The notes beneath the pieces are model-generated. The model was not told the origin of the DNA. It was given only the letters and a program-made list of their open reading frames with translations, and ran no database searches. Both the position numbers and the translations under genes were made by a program. Below are positions 45,408-54,802 of a stretch of DNA of 64,000 nt, piece by piece; the stretch's first letter is position 1, and the number at the start of each line of letters is the position of its first letter. The DNA is taken from the NCBI GenBank assembly GCA_050291445.1, contig JBNKJW010000196.1, forward strand, positions 3,615 through 67,614, read 5' to 3'. The DNA is from Bacteroidales bacterium. GTDB taxonomy: Bacteria; Bacteroidota; Bacteroidia; Bacteroidales; NBLH01.

Positions 45408-45577
45408 GGTTGCTTGTTTTTGTTTTGTTTGCCCATATAATTTCTAAGCAGGAACATTAAAAAGGCTACAATAGCAAAGATAAAAAATAAATACGATTCT
45501 TTAATGCCTAATAACCATGTTCTGTGTATTGCTGCAATCAGGCTTAAAATTGCAATAATCATCCATAAATGTTTCAT
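45404..45577 (-). CDS. Small two-TM membrane protein (not in the supplied ORF track, 57 aa)
   Basis: My own translation gives MKHLWMIIAILSLIAAIHRTWLLGIKESYLFFIFAIVAFLMFLLRNYMGKQNKNKQP*. It has an ATG start, two hydrophobic helices and a basic tail. Its stop TGA overlaps the TTG start of the downstream CNNM gene (TTGA, 4-nt overlap), which suggests translational coupling. Confidence 0.45.
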   Translation of the reverse strand: MKHLWMIIAILSLIAAIHRTWLLGIKESYLFFIFAIVAFLMFLLRNYMGKQNKNKQP

Positions 45578-45596
45578 ACAATGTGGATTATTGAAG

Positions 45597-46265
45597 CTAT
45601 TGTTCTATGGGCTTTTCTTTTATCTTTGGCAGATTTCTTTCGGGCTTTGGTCTTGCTGTTTTCTTTTTATTTGAGATACTGTCATTTTTTGTTCCAGAAA
45701 ATTCCTCCTTAAAGAAAATTCGACCATTTACATCAATAAATTTATAGATAGTAAATGCAACATTTGATTCAAATCCAGATTCACCGTTGATGTTGGTGCC
45801 ATCAGCTTTGGTAATTTTCACTAATTCGTTCGTGAAAATTTTCCTTTCATTATCGTCGCCGTATAACTTTTCGGTTTTTAGTATGTCACCATTTACATTT
45901 GAAATAACAACATTGCCTATTGCCTCCCAGCTTTTTTTTTCCTGATAGTAGATAGCTCTGTTGGCAGTCATACTGGTTTCAATCACACTTTGTTCGTTGT
46001 ACATTACAATGCTAATTCCATTTGGAAAATCAATGTAGGGTTCAATAGCACCATCAAATGTTTGCATAATTGGGGCTTGCAATTTTCCTTTTATAAAGCC
46101 TTTTTCAGTGTAAGTAATATGTGCGTTTTCAAGGGTAACAGTGGGTATTTCTTCCACCGACTCAAATTGGTTGATAACAGGTAGTTCTTCGGAACAAGAA
46201 AAAAACATTGCTGCTGGTAAAATTGCCAGCCATGCAATGCTTTTTAATTTTATTGTAAACTTCAT
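45597..46265 (-). CDS. lptC: LPS export periplasmic protein LptC-like lipoprotein
   Basis: 222-aa ORF with a lipobox (AMFFSCS). PYIDFPNGISIVMY...ANRAIYYQEKKSWEAIGNVVISNVNGDILKTEKLY...GESGFESNVAFTIYKF follows the Bacteroidota LptC pattern. Confidence 0.65.
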   Translation of the reverse strand: MKFTIKLKSIAWLAILPAAMFFSCSEELPVINQFESVEEIPTVTLENAHITYTEKGFIKGKLQAPIMQTFDGAIEPYIDFPNGISIVMYNEQSVIETSMTANRAIYYQEKKSWEAIGNVVISNVNGDILKTEKLYGDDNERKIFTNELVKITKADGTNINGESGFESNVAFTIYKFIDVNGRIFFKEEFSGTKNDSISNKKKTARPKPERNLPKIKEKPIEQ

Positions 46266-46283
46266 AGTAGAAGTATCCTTTTT

Positions 46284-47915
46284 TTAGAATCTTGCTGTAG
46301 TAGTTTCGTTAATCCAGCAACCAACCCTAACAGTTTTGCCTTTGGTAACCCCAATCATAAATGCTTTTTCTGCATTTGGGTAACCTCCGGAGTATCGACC
46401 TATTAATTTGCTTGCTGCTTCGGCAACTGATGGGTCAACCGATTTTGCTTTTACTAATTTGTCAACAGCTGCCCAATAACCAACATTGTGCAATTCACCT
46501 TCGGGTGATGCTAATTGCGAACATCCGCTTGAAGCATACATTGTTGCAATTAAAATGTAAGGCGCACCAAAATCACTTTTTAATGACGTTGCTTTTAAGG
46601 CATGCGTTCTGGCTTCAGATTTTTTACCTTGCTCATTAGCAAATTGTGCCAGTTTATAATAATTTCTTGCTTTAAGTGTGTCAACAGTCTCTAATTTAAT
46701 AGCTTCGTTCATGTATTCAGTTGCTTTGTCCCATTCTTTGCTTCTGGCAAAACGCATTGCTAAAGCATATTTCGATAAAGCAGAAGGCCTTAATTTGTCA
46801 ATTTGAACCGCTACATCACCAAATAAATCACTGTCTGTACAATCCTTTGTGCTAAGCATTCTGGCAATTTTTTCAAGTTGATCAATATCGTCTTTGTTGC
46901 TGTCAAACCTTTTTTGAAAAGCAGGAATTAACTGCTCGCAGGTAGAAGCTTCACTTTTCATAAAGATTTGGGTGACGCCTGCATGAGCTTGTTTAACAAC
47001 TCCATTTTCTCCATTTTGAATTTTTTTCTCAAGCAGGCTGTTAAGTTTTGTGTAATTATCAACTACCTCGGCAGCATCTATTTTCTTTTTTACAAACATT
47101 CCTTCGGTAGCTTGCATAAACGAAAGAATTACAGCAGGTTCCGACTTAATGCCCTGTAAATCAACAGATTTTTTAAACAAAGTGTAAGCTCTTCCAACTT
47201 GATCTTTGTCGAGTTTTAGCAGGTCAACAGCTTGTCTTCCTCGTATATATCCTTCTGGGTATTCACCTTTAGTACCAAAAAATTTAAATTTGATACGTTG
47301 ATCATACAACATCATTAAAGTATCAATCCATTTTTTATCTTTTGTTTCGTTGAATTTAAACTCAACTACATCAGCACCTTTAGAGTAGATCATTTTTGTT
47401 GATCGTGGGTAAAAATGGAACAACACATTCCAGTATTTGTAGGCTTCGTTCAACTTATTTTGTTTGGTAGCTTGCTGGAATAAAGCAATGTTTTTTACAC
47501 ATTCTTCTTTTGAAATACCATACTTTGCTTTGTCTCCCATGTAAGCCTTAATTTTAGACTTCCATGCTTTTAACAGGCCTTCCAATTTTTCTATATCTAA
47601 TTCTTTTTTTGCTTTTTTTAATCTTTTGTATTCAAATACCAACGCATTGTCGGCAGATAATGCGCCATATTTAAATGCATTTAAATCATTCTCAATTGCA
47701 TTGTTGATTTTTTCAACTACTGCTCTTAATTTTTCTAAAGCTTCCGGTTTTAAATCAGTAACGTTTGGATCTAATGTAATATCTCCTTGTAGCTCAGGAA
47801 AAGCTTCTTTAAAAAGTTCTTCTTCAATTCCTCCCTGCGCCGATGCAATACCATTCAACGAAAAAGCCAAGGATGCAATAAAAATTAAAGAAACTAATTT
47901 TGTCTTCATAACCAC
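46284..47915 (-). CDS. Secreted all-helical (TPR-like) protein
   Basis: 543-aa ORF with a signal peptide (AFSLNGIASAQ). It has helical-repeat character (AYKYWNVLFHFYP..., ARNYYKLAQFANEQGKKSEAR). It lies in the conserved coaX-barrel-TPR-lptC neighbourhood that I recall from Bacteroidota. Confidence 0.5.
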   Translation of the reverse strand: MVMKTKLVSLIFIASLAFSLNGIASAQGGIEEELFKEAFPELQGDITLDPNVTDLKPEALEKLRAVVEKINNAIENDLNAFKYGALSADNALVFEYKRLKKAKKELDIEKLEGLLKAWKSKIKAYMGDKAKYGISKEECVKNIALFQQATKQNKLNEAYKYWNVLFHFYPRSTKMIYSKGADVVEFKFNETKDKKWIDTLMMLYDQRIKFKFFGTKGEYPEGYIRGRQAVDLLKLDKDQVGRAYTLFKKSVDLQGIKSEPAVILSFMQATEGMFVKKKIDAAEVVDNYTKLNSLLEKKIQNGENGVVKQAHAGVTQIFMKSEASTCEQLIPAFQKRFDSNKDDIDQLEKIARMLSTKDCTDSDLFGDVAVQIDKLRPSALSKYALAMRFARSKEWDKATEYMNEAIKLETVDTLKARNYYKLAQFANEQGKKSEARTHALKATSLKSDFGAPYILIATMYASSGCSQLASPEGELHNVGYWAAVDKLVKAKSVDPSVAEAASKLIGRYSGGYPNAEKAFMIGVTKGKTVRVGCWINETTTARF

Positions 47916-47984
47916 TATTATTTGTTCAACATTTATATTTTATAACTCTTCTATTATATTATGATAGGATAAATTAAAAATACC

Positions 47985-49271
47985 CTAATAAAATTTCTTT
48001 TTTATAAACCATTTTGCTCTCATTGATAAATTAAAATGGAACTGAAACTGGTCTTCAGTCAGGATATCTTCACCTGGTATGCTTCTTTTATTATACGAAC
48101 CCGAAATGTTAATAATTGCCCCAGTTCTCAATGGAAAGGCAAAGCCTAAGCTTCCACCAATTTGTTTCAATTGTTTATTATTATATGAAATGTATGAGTT
48201 GGTGTAATTAAAACCTGCCCGGTATCTGATTAGTTTTAAATATTTAGTTGAGCTGTAATCAGGAATGTATTCAAGTCCGGCGTTAAATCTTTGATTGTCA
48301 GACAACTGCAAGTCCTGGTTGAACGATTTACTTTCTGACCATTTATCAACTTTATAATCAACTGCCAACTCAAGTTTTTGTTTTAAAATTACCGATGCCC
48401 CAAGGCTATAGCTTCTCGGAATTTCCAGAACACCCTGGTTCTCAATCTTGTTAATCAGCGTGTCAACCAATCTCCTTCCCGAAATGTAATTGGTAAGTGA
48501 TAACGTATTAAATCTTTCCTGTTTTCCTTCAAGTTCTGTTTTTAGATTGTAGGTAGCTCCAAGGTTAAGAAACAAGTTGTCATTAATTGACTTATGAAAA
48601 TGAGCACCAAAGCCAAGCGATACAGCATCAAAAACAGAATTATTTATGTCGACTGAGGTGGATTCTGATAATGAGTTTTCAGTTCTGGCATTTTCTATTG
48701 TTCTAGTCCTGTCAAGTGTACCAAACATATAAGCTACTTTAAATCCTACCGATATTGGTTTGGCAATATTGAAACTATTGTCGAAGTAAAAACTATTAAT
48801 TCCGCCTTCGCCTGTGTAATTGTGTATAACTTCATTGTCTTCAAAACCTAAATCTTCGGTCATTGTGATGTCGTACCCAATACTACTTAAAGGGCGCAGG
48901 CCAATACCTGATTTCCACCATTTTAAAATCGGAAAACCAGCGGCAATGTAACTAACGTTTCCATCAAGTTTAGTAAATTGCTCATTAGGGGTTTTTAAAA
49001 TGTAGTAATTGGAGTTAAGTCCAAATTCAAACACAAAGGTCGCTGGCAATAAAGCCGTATACGATGAGGGGTTTGATGGGTTTAACTGAAATGCTGAGAC
49101 TAAAGGGCTTGCTACGCCACCCATTGCCAGGTTTCTTCCAAAGCCTTCTTTGGCCAAATCTCCCACACCAAACATTGAGAAAGGTGAACTTGAATTATTT
49201 TGTGCATTTGACAATATTGGCAAAATACCAATAAAGACAGCAATAATTACTTTTTTATATTTTTTTAACAT
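47985..49271 (-). CDS. Outer-membrane beta-barrel (porin-like) protein
   Basis: 428-aa ORF with a signal peptide (ILPILSNAQ). It has alternating amphipathic strands with Gly/aromatic girdle residues throughout. Confidence 0.55.
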   Translation of the reverse strand: MLKKYKKVIIAVFIGILPILSNAQNNSSSPFSMFGVGDLAKEGFGRNLAMGGVASPLVSAFQLNPSNPSSYTALLPATFVFEFGLNSNYYILKTPNEQFTKLDGNVSYIAAGFPILKWWKSGIGLRPLSSIGYDITMTEDLGFEDNEVIHNYTGEGGINSFYFDNSFNIAKPISVGFKVAYMFGTLDRTRTIENARTENSLSESTSVDINNSVFDAVSLGFGAHFHKSINDNLFLNLGATYNLKTELEGKQERFNTLSLTNYISGRRLVDTLINKIENQGVLEIPRSYSLGASVILKQKLELAVDYKVDKWSESKSFNQDLQLSDNQRFNAGLEYIPDYSSTKYLKLIRYRAGFNYTNSYISYNNKQLKQIGGSLGFAFPLRTGAIINISGSYNKRSIPGEDILTEDQFQFHFNLSMRAKWFIKKKFY

Positions 49272-49986
49272 TATATTCTAAAATTCTGTTTAACCCAAAA
49301 GCCACCAAAAAAGATTCTGCAAATATGGGATTTTTTAGTTTACCAGCAAAGAAAAAGCTATCCCCCCCCGTCAAAATAACCTTTAGTTGCTTATGGATGT
49401 CTGTTAATTTATCAATGTAAGCATCCATTTCAAAGGTTATTCCATTTTGCACACCGGCAATAATTGCTTCATCTGTGTTAGCACCTAAAAAAGGATGATT
49501 TTCAGATAAAGACATCAATGGCAACCTACTTGTAAATTCATGCAATGCTTTGTACCTCATTGTCATGCCCGGAGAAATGTTGCCTCCAAAGTATTCACCT
49601 TGCTTATTTATAAAATCATAAGTGATAGCTGTTCCTGCATCAATAGCTAGAACGTTTTCACCCGGGAAAATATTGTGGGCGCCCACCACCGCAGCTATTC
49701 TATCTTTACCTAAAGTTTTAGGGGTTTTATAAAGGCTTTTTATTGGTAAAGGTGTAGATGTTTCAAGAAAAACCACATGGTTAAACTTTTTTAAATCTAC
49801 TTTGTTTATGATACTTTTTTCAACAACAGATGATATTATTAAATCCATGGCGTGCGGGAAAGTTGCTAAAATTTCATCAAGATACAGCTCGTTTTTAGTA
49901 GTAACCTGTTCATTGTGAATGATTTTGTTTTTATCCACAATAAAAACCTTAGTAAAAGTATTCCCTATATCAATAATCAGGTTCAT
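49255..49986 (-). CDS. coaX: Type III pantothenate kinase
   Basis: 243-aa ORF. It has MNLIIDIGNTFTKV (phosphate-1), LAIDAGTAITYD and the TGGDSFFF motif. Confidence 0.9.
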   Translation of the reverse strand: MNLIIDIGNTFTKVFIVDKNKIIHNEQVTTKNELYLDEILATFPHAMDLIISSVVEKSIINKVDLKKFNHVVFLETSTPLPIKSLYKTPKTLGKDRIAAVVGAHNIFPGENVLAIDAGTAITYDFINKQGEYFGGNISPGMTMRYKALHEFTSRLPLMSLSENHPFLGANTDEAIIAGVQNGITFEMDAYIDKLTDIHKQLKVILTGGDSFFFAGKLKNPIFAESFLVAFGLNRILEYNVKKI

Positions 49987-50122
49987 GATATATATGTAAT
50001 TTTAGCTTACAAATTTCATAAAATTTTATTATTTTTAAACACAAATGTAATTGAAATAACCGAATACAATTATTGGTTTAAAAATTGCGTTGAATGCGTA
50101 GAAATAATAAATTGATGCTAAA

Positions 50123-50512
50123 GTGGCCAGAAAAATACTGATAGTAGAAGATGATAAAATGTTGTGCACCATATTTGAAATGTTCCTGACAGATCTAGGA
50201 TATGAACTTACAGGCTTTTCACAGACAGGTGCTGATGCAATTAGCAAATGTGAGGAAAATCCCCCAGATGTGGTTTTGATGGATATTCACCTTAAAGGTG
50301 ATGTTGATGGAATTGATACCGCAAAAAAAATTCACGAAGCATTTAATATCCCTGTTGTTTACGTTACCAGTGATATTGAACAAGAAACTATCCTCAAAGC
50401 AATTTATAAAAACACCTACGGCTTTTTAATGAAACCTATTTATCAGTCTTCTTTAAGGGTAGCAATAGAATTTGCTTTTGCTAAACATATTTACGATAAT
50501 TCTGAAAACTGA
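50123..50512 (+). CDS. Stand-alone response regulator receiver (CheY-like) protein
   Basis: 129-aa ORF with a GTG start. It has KILIVEDD, DVVLMDIHL (phospho-acceptor Asp), PVVYVTS and a conserved Lys in LMKP. There is no output domain and no kinase gene nearby. Confidence 0.85.
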   Translation: MARKILIVEDDKMLCTIFEMFLTDLGYELTGFSQTGADAISKCEENPPDVVLMDIHLKGDVDGIDTAKKIHEAFNIPVVYVTSDIEQETILKAIYKNTYGFLMKPIYQSSLRVAIEFAFAKHIYDNSEN

Positions 50513-50739
50513 GCCCTATATCTTTGTATTAATTAAGGTCTGGGCTGCACATTTTACTGTTATTTAATATGATGCCGCTCAACTGGCTAGCATAATAATC
50601 ATTAGTTTTTTGCTACTTGAAGGTGAAGTTAATGCAAGGAAAAATTACTATTTTTTAAAACACCTTTGCACTTTTTACAACTTCTTTTATGTAAGTGTTT
50701 AATTTTAATAGGCTTAGGCGTTTTTTAGTGAGCCCTATT
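50510..50739 (+). repeat. Mosaic structured repeat, copy C, bounded by a 10-bp direct repeat
   Basis: TGAGCCCTAT occurs at 50510-50519, overlapping the regulator's TGA stop, and again at 50730-50739. The shortened closing arms are GGGCTGCAC (50542-50550) and GTGAGCCC (50729-50736). It has a CTGGCTAG box (50583-50590) and a CCTTTGCACTTT box (50664-50675). The right ~150 nt match copy B. Confidence 0.75.
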
Positions 50740-50877
50740 TATTCTGCTCATTTATTGTTATTTACACTGTTTATTTTGTTTTTTTACTACCCCGTTTTGT
50801 GGAAATCTTGCTAAATTGCATCTATAATTTACTATTAGCACTCTTATTCATTCACTATAAACATAAAATATAACATA

Positions 50878-52521
50878 ATGAGAACTTATTTGATTATCCT
50901 TATTTTATTATTATTTCCATTTTTCGGTATTTGTCAGTTAGAAACTAAACATTTCCTTGAAACCAAGGTAAATGCGGCTACAATTTATTTAACTGGTGCA
51001 GAGCTTAGCAGAACAACACAGGTAAACCTTAAAAAAGGTAATAACCTGCTTGTTTTTAAAGGTCTTTCGCCTTATGTAAATGCAAAAAGTGTTCGGATAT
51101 CCGGGGATGTTGACTTGTCGGTTTTAAGTATTTCAACTAAAACCAACTACCTTACAAAAAAGAAAGAGTTACCAGTTATTAAAAAATTGAAAGATTCTTT
51201 GCAGATTATTAAGGATGAACTGCGAATTAATAAAGATGAGGTGGCTGCCTATAAGGCAGAAAAAGAGATGATTATGGCAAATAAGTCAATTGGTGGAACT
51301 ACCAATGGGGTACCTATTTCGGAACTTAGGCAAAGTGCCGACTTTTTTAGAGAGCGTATGATTGACATTAATAGAAAAGTTGCCAAACTTGATAAACGCA
51401 CTGCAGAACTAAATCAATTATCTAACAACTATAATAAAGAACTGAGAGAGGTTAATTCACGTTCGAGCTATACCGAGACTGATGTTTTGGTACTTTTATC
51501 CTCCGAAAGTGCCAGAAGCTCCAAAATCAACCTTCAATACCTGGTTGCTAGAGCTGGTTGGGTTCCGGGTTATGATATTAAGGCAATGGATCTTAGTAAG
51601 CCTATCAACCTGGTCTATAAAGCCAAAGTTTTTAATAATACCGCTGTTGCATGGGAGAATATTGATATTAAATTGTCCATTGCTGACCCTTCTTTAAGTA
51701 TAACAAAACCAGAACTAAATCCGTGGTATCTTGATTATTATTCTGCTAGTAATTCTAAAGGCAAAAGAGGCGTGGGCTATATGCAAAATGTGATTGTATC
51801 GGATACGGATATAAAAAGTGAAGACAAATTTTTAGAAACAACCGTTACTATTGGTGAGAACTATGATGAGGTCGATATTCCTGATTTAAATACGGAGTTT
51901 GAGATAAAATCTAAGTATAGCATACCTGCTGACGATAAGCCCTATGTTGTTGAGGTTGAGAAATATACTCTTCCTGCCACGTTCGAACATATTGCTGTTA
52001 CAAAAATGGATAAAGGAGTGTTTGTGCTAGCAAAAATTACAGGCTGGGAAGATTTAAGTCTGGTTGATGGTGATGCAAATGTGTACTTTAAAGGAACCTA
52101 CCTTGGCGAATCGCAAATACGAACCAGGAATGTGAAAGATACACTGGATTTATCGCTTGGTAGAGATGATAAAGTTTTGGTAACCCGTTCTAAACTGACT
52201 GAATATAGTAGTAAACAGTTGATAGGTAGTAAGCTGAAAGAGACTTTAACCTTTGAATTGGTTGCCAAGAATAATCGAAAAAACCCAATAAATATTGAAA
52301 TATTTGATCAGGTGCCAATTAGTAAAAACAGCGAAATTGAGGTGAAAGTGCTTGATGTATCGCAGGCAGAATTTAACCCTGTAACTGGTGAAGTAAAATG
52401 GCGCTATCGATTGCAGCCAGGGGAGTCGAAAAAAATGAAACTTAGTTTTTCGATTAAATATCCAAAAAACCAAAAGGTTGAAGTTCAACAAATGAAACGT
52501 AGAGCGCTAAGGGCATTCTAA
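50878..52521 (+). CDS. DUF4139 (MuiA-like, DUF4140 N-terminal) domain protein
   Basis: 547-aa ORF with a signal peptide. VNAATIYLTGAELSR...VFKGLSPYVNAKSVRISG is the DUF4140-type N-terminus. The C-terminus is typical of DUF4139 (EIFDQVPISKNSEIEV). Confidence 0.75.
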   Translation: MRTYLIILILLLFPFFGICQLETKHFLETKVNAATIYLTGAELSRTTQVNLKKGNNLLVFKGLSPYVNAKSVRISGDVDLSVLSISTKTNYLTKKKELPVIKKLKDSLQIIKDELRINKDEVAAYKAEKEMIMANKSIGGTTNGVPISELRQSADFFRERMIDINRKVAKLDKRTAELNQLSNNYNKELREVNSRSSYTETDVLVLLSSESARSSKINLQYLVARAGWVPGYDIKAMDLSKPINLVYKAKVFNNTAVAWENIDIKLSIADPSLSITKPELNPWYLDYYSASNSKGKRGVGYMQNVIVSDTDIKSEDKFLETTVTIGENYDEVDIPDLNTEFEIKSKYSIPADDKPYVVEVEKYTLPATFEHIAVTKMDKGVFVLAKITGWEDLSLVDGDANVYFKGTYLGESQIRTRNVKDTLDLSLGRDDKVLVTRSKLTEYSSKQLIGSKLKETLTFELVAKNNRKNPINIEIFDQVPISKNSEIEVKVLDVSQAEFNPVTGEVKWRYRLQPGESKKMKLSFSIKYPKNQKVEVQQMKRRALRAF

Positions 52522-52537
52522 ATGAGCAAATGAATTG

Positions 52538-52582
52538 CTTCTGGTTCCAATTTCAATAGAAAGATTAAAACCAGAAGTTTTT
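52538..52582 (+). terminator. Intrinsic terminator of the DUF4139 gene
   Basis: CTTCTGGTT (52538-52546) pairs with AACCAGAAG (52569-52577) as a perfect 9-bp stem, followed by TTTTT (52578-52582). Confidence 0.65.
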
Positions 52583-52616
52583 CAAATTTCTTCTAGTGTT
52601 ATGTCAAGGCTTGTTT

Positions 52617-52666
52617 GTCAGGTGACAACACCTAACAAGTGCATCAGCCAGGTGTTGTCACCTGGC
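52617..52666. repeat. Two inverted copies of the CAGGTGACAACACCTG motif forming a 17-bp hairpin
   Basis: GTCAGGTGACAACACCT (52617-52633) pairs with AGGTGTTGTCACCTGGC (52650-52666). The 15-bp core is perfect, with one wobble and one GC pair added. It lies between convergent genes. Confidence 0.8.
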
Positions 52667-52698
52667 TAATTACCAGAAATATCAAATTTGACTTAACA

Positions 52699-53145
52699 CT
52701 AGCCTAATAATTCTTTTACCTTCTGTGCAATAACTTTACCTTCTGCACGTCCGGCAACTTGTTTGTTTACGGTTCCAATAACTTTTCCCATATCCTTTAT
52801 CGAACTTGCCCCAGTATCAGCAATTACTTTGTTGATTATTTCAATCAATTCATTTTCAGATAATTGGGTCGGTAAGTATTCTTCAATAACAGCCACTTCA
52901 CCAATTTCCTTTTCGTAAAGTTCTGTTCTTCCTGCTTTTTGATAGGTTTCAGCCGAGTCTTTTCGCTGCTTTACTAATTTCTGGAGAATTTTTATTTCAG
53001 TTTCTTCGTTTAGCTCAGTTGCTCCTCCAGAAGTTTGTGCCAATAATATTTCACTTTTTATTGCTCTTAAAGCCAACAAACGATCGGCTTGTTTTGCTTT
53101 CATGGCTTCTTTTATATCACTATTTATTTTATCTGTTAGGCTCAT
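52699..53145 (-). CDS. GatB/YqeY domain-containing protein
   Basis: 148-aa ORF. MSLTDKINSDIKEAMKAK...LRAIKSEILLA...EEYLP matches the YqeY pattern. Confidence 0.9.
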   Translation of the reverse strand: MSLTDKINSDIKEAMKAKQADRLLALRAIKSEILLAQTSGGATELNEETEIKILQKLVKQRKDSAETYQKAGRTELYEKEIGEVAVIEEYLPTQLSENELIEIINKVIADTGASSIKDMGKVIGTVNKQVAGRAEGKVIAQKVKELLG

Positions 53146-53244
53146 AATTTTACTGGTTTCTGGTTACTAGTCTCTGGTTTCTTGTTCCTTGGTTGATTTT
53201 TTAGCTGAATAATGAATAACCGATTACTGATTACCGAAAACTAC

Positions 53245-54768
53245 TCAATCCACATTGTCATGCAAAAAAGAGTTCTCAGATAAATCCAAATCATCATCAT
53301 CATCGTCCGAAAGTGTATACCTCGAAATTTCCTTTTTTTTGTTATAGGTGCTTTCGTGGTTCATTTCAACGTCTCTTCGTTTGTATGCTGGCTCGTTTTC
53401 AAGTTCGTCAATGGTTTTAGCGCTACGTTCCACTTTTACATTTTTGTTGGCAGTTTTTTGCTGTTTCATTGTTTCCATTAACTTCATTCTTTCTAACGCT
53501 TTCCTTACTCTTTCTTCTTCATCAACCGTGTTTTCGTCCTTATTTTGTTTTTTTTCTACAAAAGTGGCTGTTATTTCCTCTTCTTCTTCAATAATTTGCT
53601 CCGAAATTTCTTTTTTATTCACTGGTTTCGAAACCAAATTCATCTCTTCGTTGGTGTATTCAATTTCAAAGTCAATTTCTTCGGAGTAGGTATTGTTTTT
53701 TTCTGATGAACTGTTTTCATCCACTACTTGTTTATTCTCTTTTTCAATTTCAATTACTTTTTTCGTAACTGGCTTTTGAATGTACAACTCTGGAATTATA
53801 TCTGTTTCGAAACCTGTTGCAATAATTGTAACGTTTATTTTTTTTCCTAATGAAATATCCTGGTTGTAGCCCCAGATTAAGTCGGCTGTATGCCCGGCAG
53901 CATCTTGCGCATAATTTGAAATGTCTAACAATTCATCTGTTGTTAAATCTTCATCTCCCGAAGAAATATTTAACAGAATGTTTTTTGCTCCAGATATATT
54001 ATTGTTGTTTAATAATGGCGAATTAAGAGCTTCCTCAATGGCTTTCATGGCTCGACCTTCTCCTTCTGCTTCAGAAGATCCCATAATGGCCACTCCACTA
54101 TCCTGCATTACTGTTTTTACATCTGCAAAGTCAACGTTTACGTGTCCTTCTTTGGTAATAATTTCTGCTATCCCTTTTGCCGCAACTGTTAAAACATCAT
54201 CGGCTCTTGAAAAGGCGTCAGTTATGCCTAAATTTCCGTAAATTTCGCGCAATCTTTCGTTGTTTATAACAAGCAGAGAATCAACGTGTTTGCTTATTTC
54301 TTTGATGCCATTAATAGCCTGATCGATTCTTCTTTTTCCTTCAAACCTGAAAGGAATCGTTACTATGCCTACGGTGAGTATTTTTAACTCTTTTGCTGCT
54401 TTTGCAATTACCGGGGCAGCTCCTGTGCCTGTTCCACCACCCATTCCGGCAGTTATAAATACCATTTTGGTATTATTGCTTAGAACAGCAGTTACTTCAT
54501 CGATGTTTTCAATGGCTGCTTCTTTTCCTTTCTCTGGCTTGTTACCTGCACCAAGGCCCTCAGTTAAGGTTTGGCCCAGGTGTATTTTTACTGGCACAGG
54601 ACTGTTAGCCAGTGCCTGTTGGTCAGTATTACAAACTATAAAATCAACATTAGTAATGCCTTGATGAAACATGTGGTTCACCGCATTACTTCCTCCACCA
54701 CCTACACCAATAACTTTAATTATTGAGGCTTTTTCTGTTGGTAAATCAAAGGGCATTAAATCGTCCAT
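53245..54768 (-). CDS. ftsZ: Cell division protein FtsZ
   Basis: 507-aa ORF. It has the tubulin signature GGGTGTGAAPVIA and VIGVGGGGSNAVNHM. A long acidic linker precedes the C-terminal peptide ...NSFLHDNVD. Confidence 0.95.
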   Translation of the reverse strand: MDDLMPFDLPTEKASIIKVIGVGGGGSNAVNHMFHQGITNVDFIVCNTDQQALANSPVPVKIHLGQTLTEGLGAGNKPEKGKEAAIENIDEVTAVLSNNTKMVFITAGMGGGTGTGAAPVIAKAAKELKILTVGIVTIPFRFEGKRRIDQAINGIKEISKHVDSLLVINNERLREIYGNLGITDAFSRADDVLTVAAKGIAEIITKEGHVNVDFADVKTVMQDSGVAIMGSSEAEGEGRAMKAIEEALNSPLLNNNNISGAKNILLNISSGDEDLTTDELLDISNYAQDAAGHTADLIWGYNQDISLGKKINVTIIATGFETDIIPELYIQKPVTKKVIEIEKENKQVVDENSSSEKNNTYSEEIDFEIEYTNEEMNLVSKPVNKKEISEQIIEEEEEITATFVEKKQNKDENTVDEEERVRKALERMKLMETMKQQKTANKNVKVERSAKTIDELENEPAYKRRDVEMNHESTYNKKKEISRYTLSDDDDDDLDLSENSFLHDNVD

Positions 54769-54802
54769 ATTATTTTATTTATATGGTTTTCAAAATACAA
54801 AA

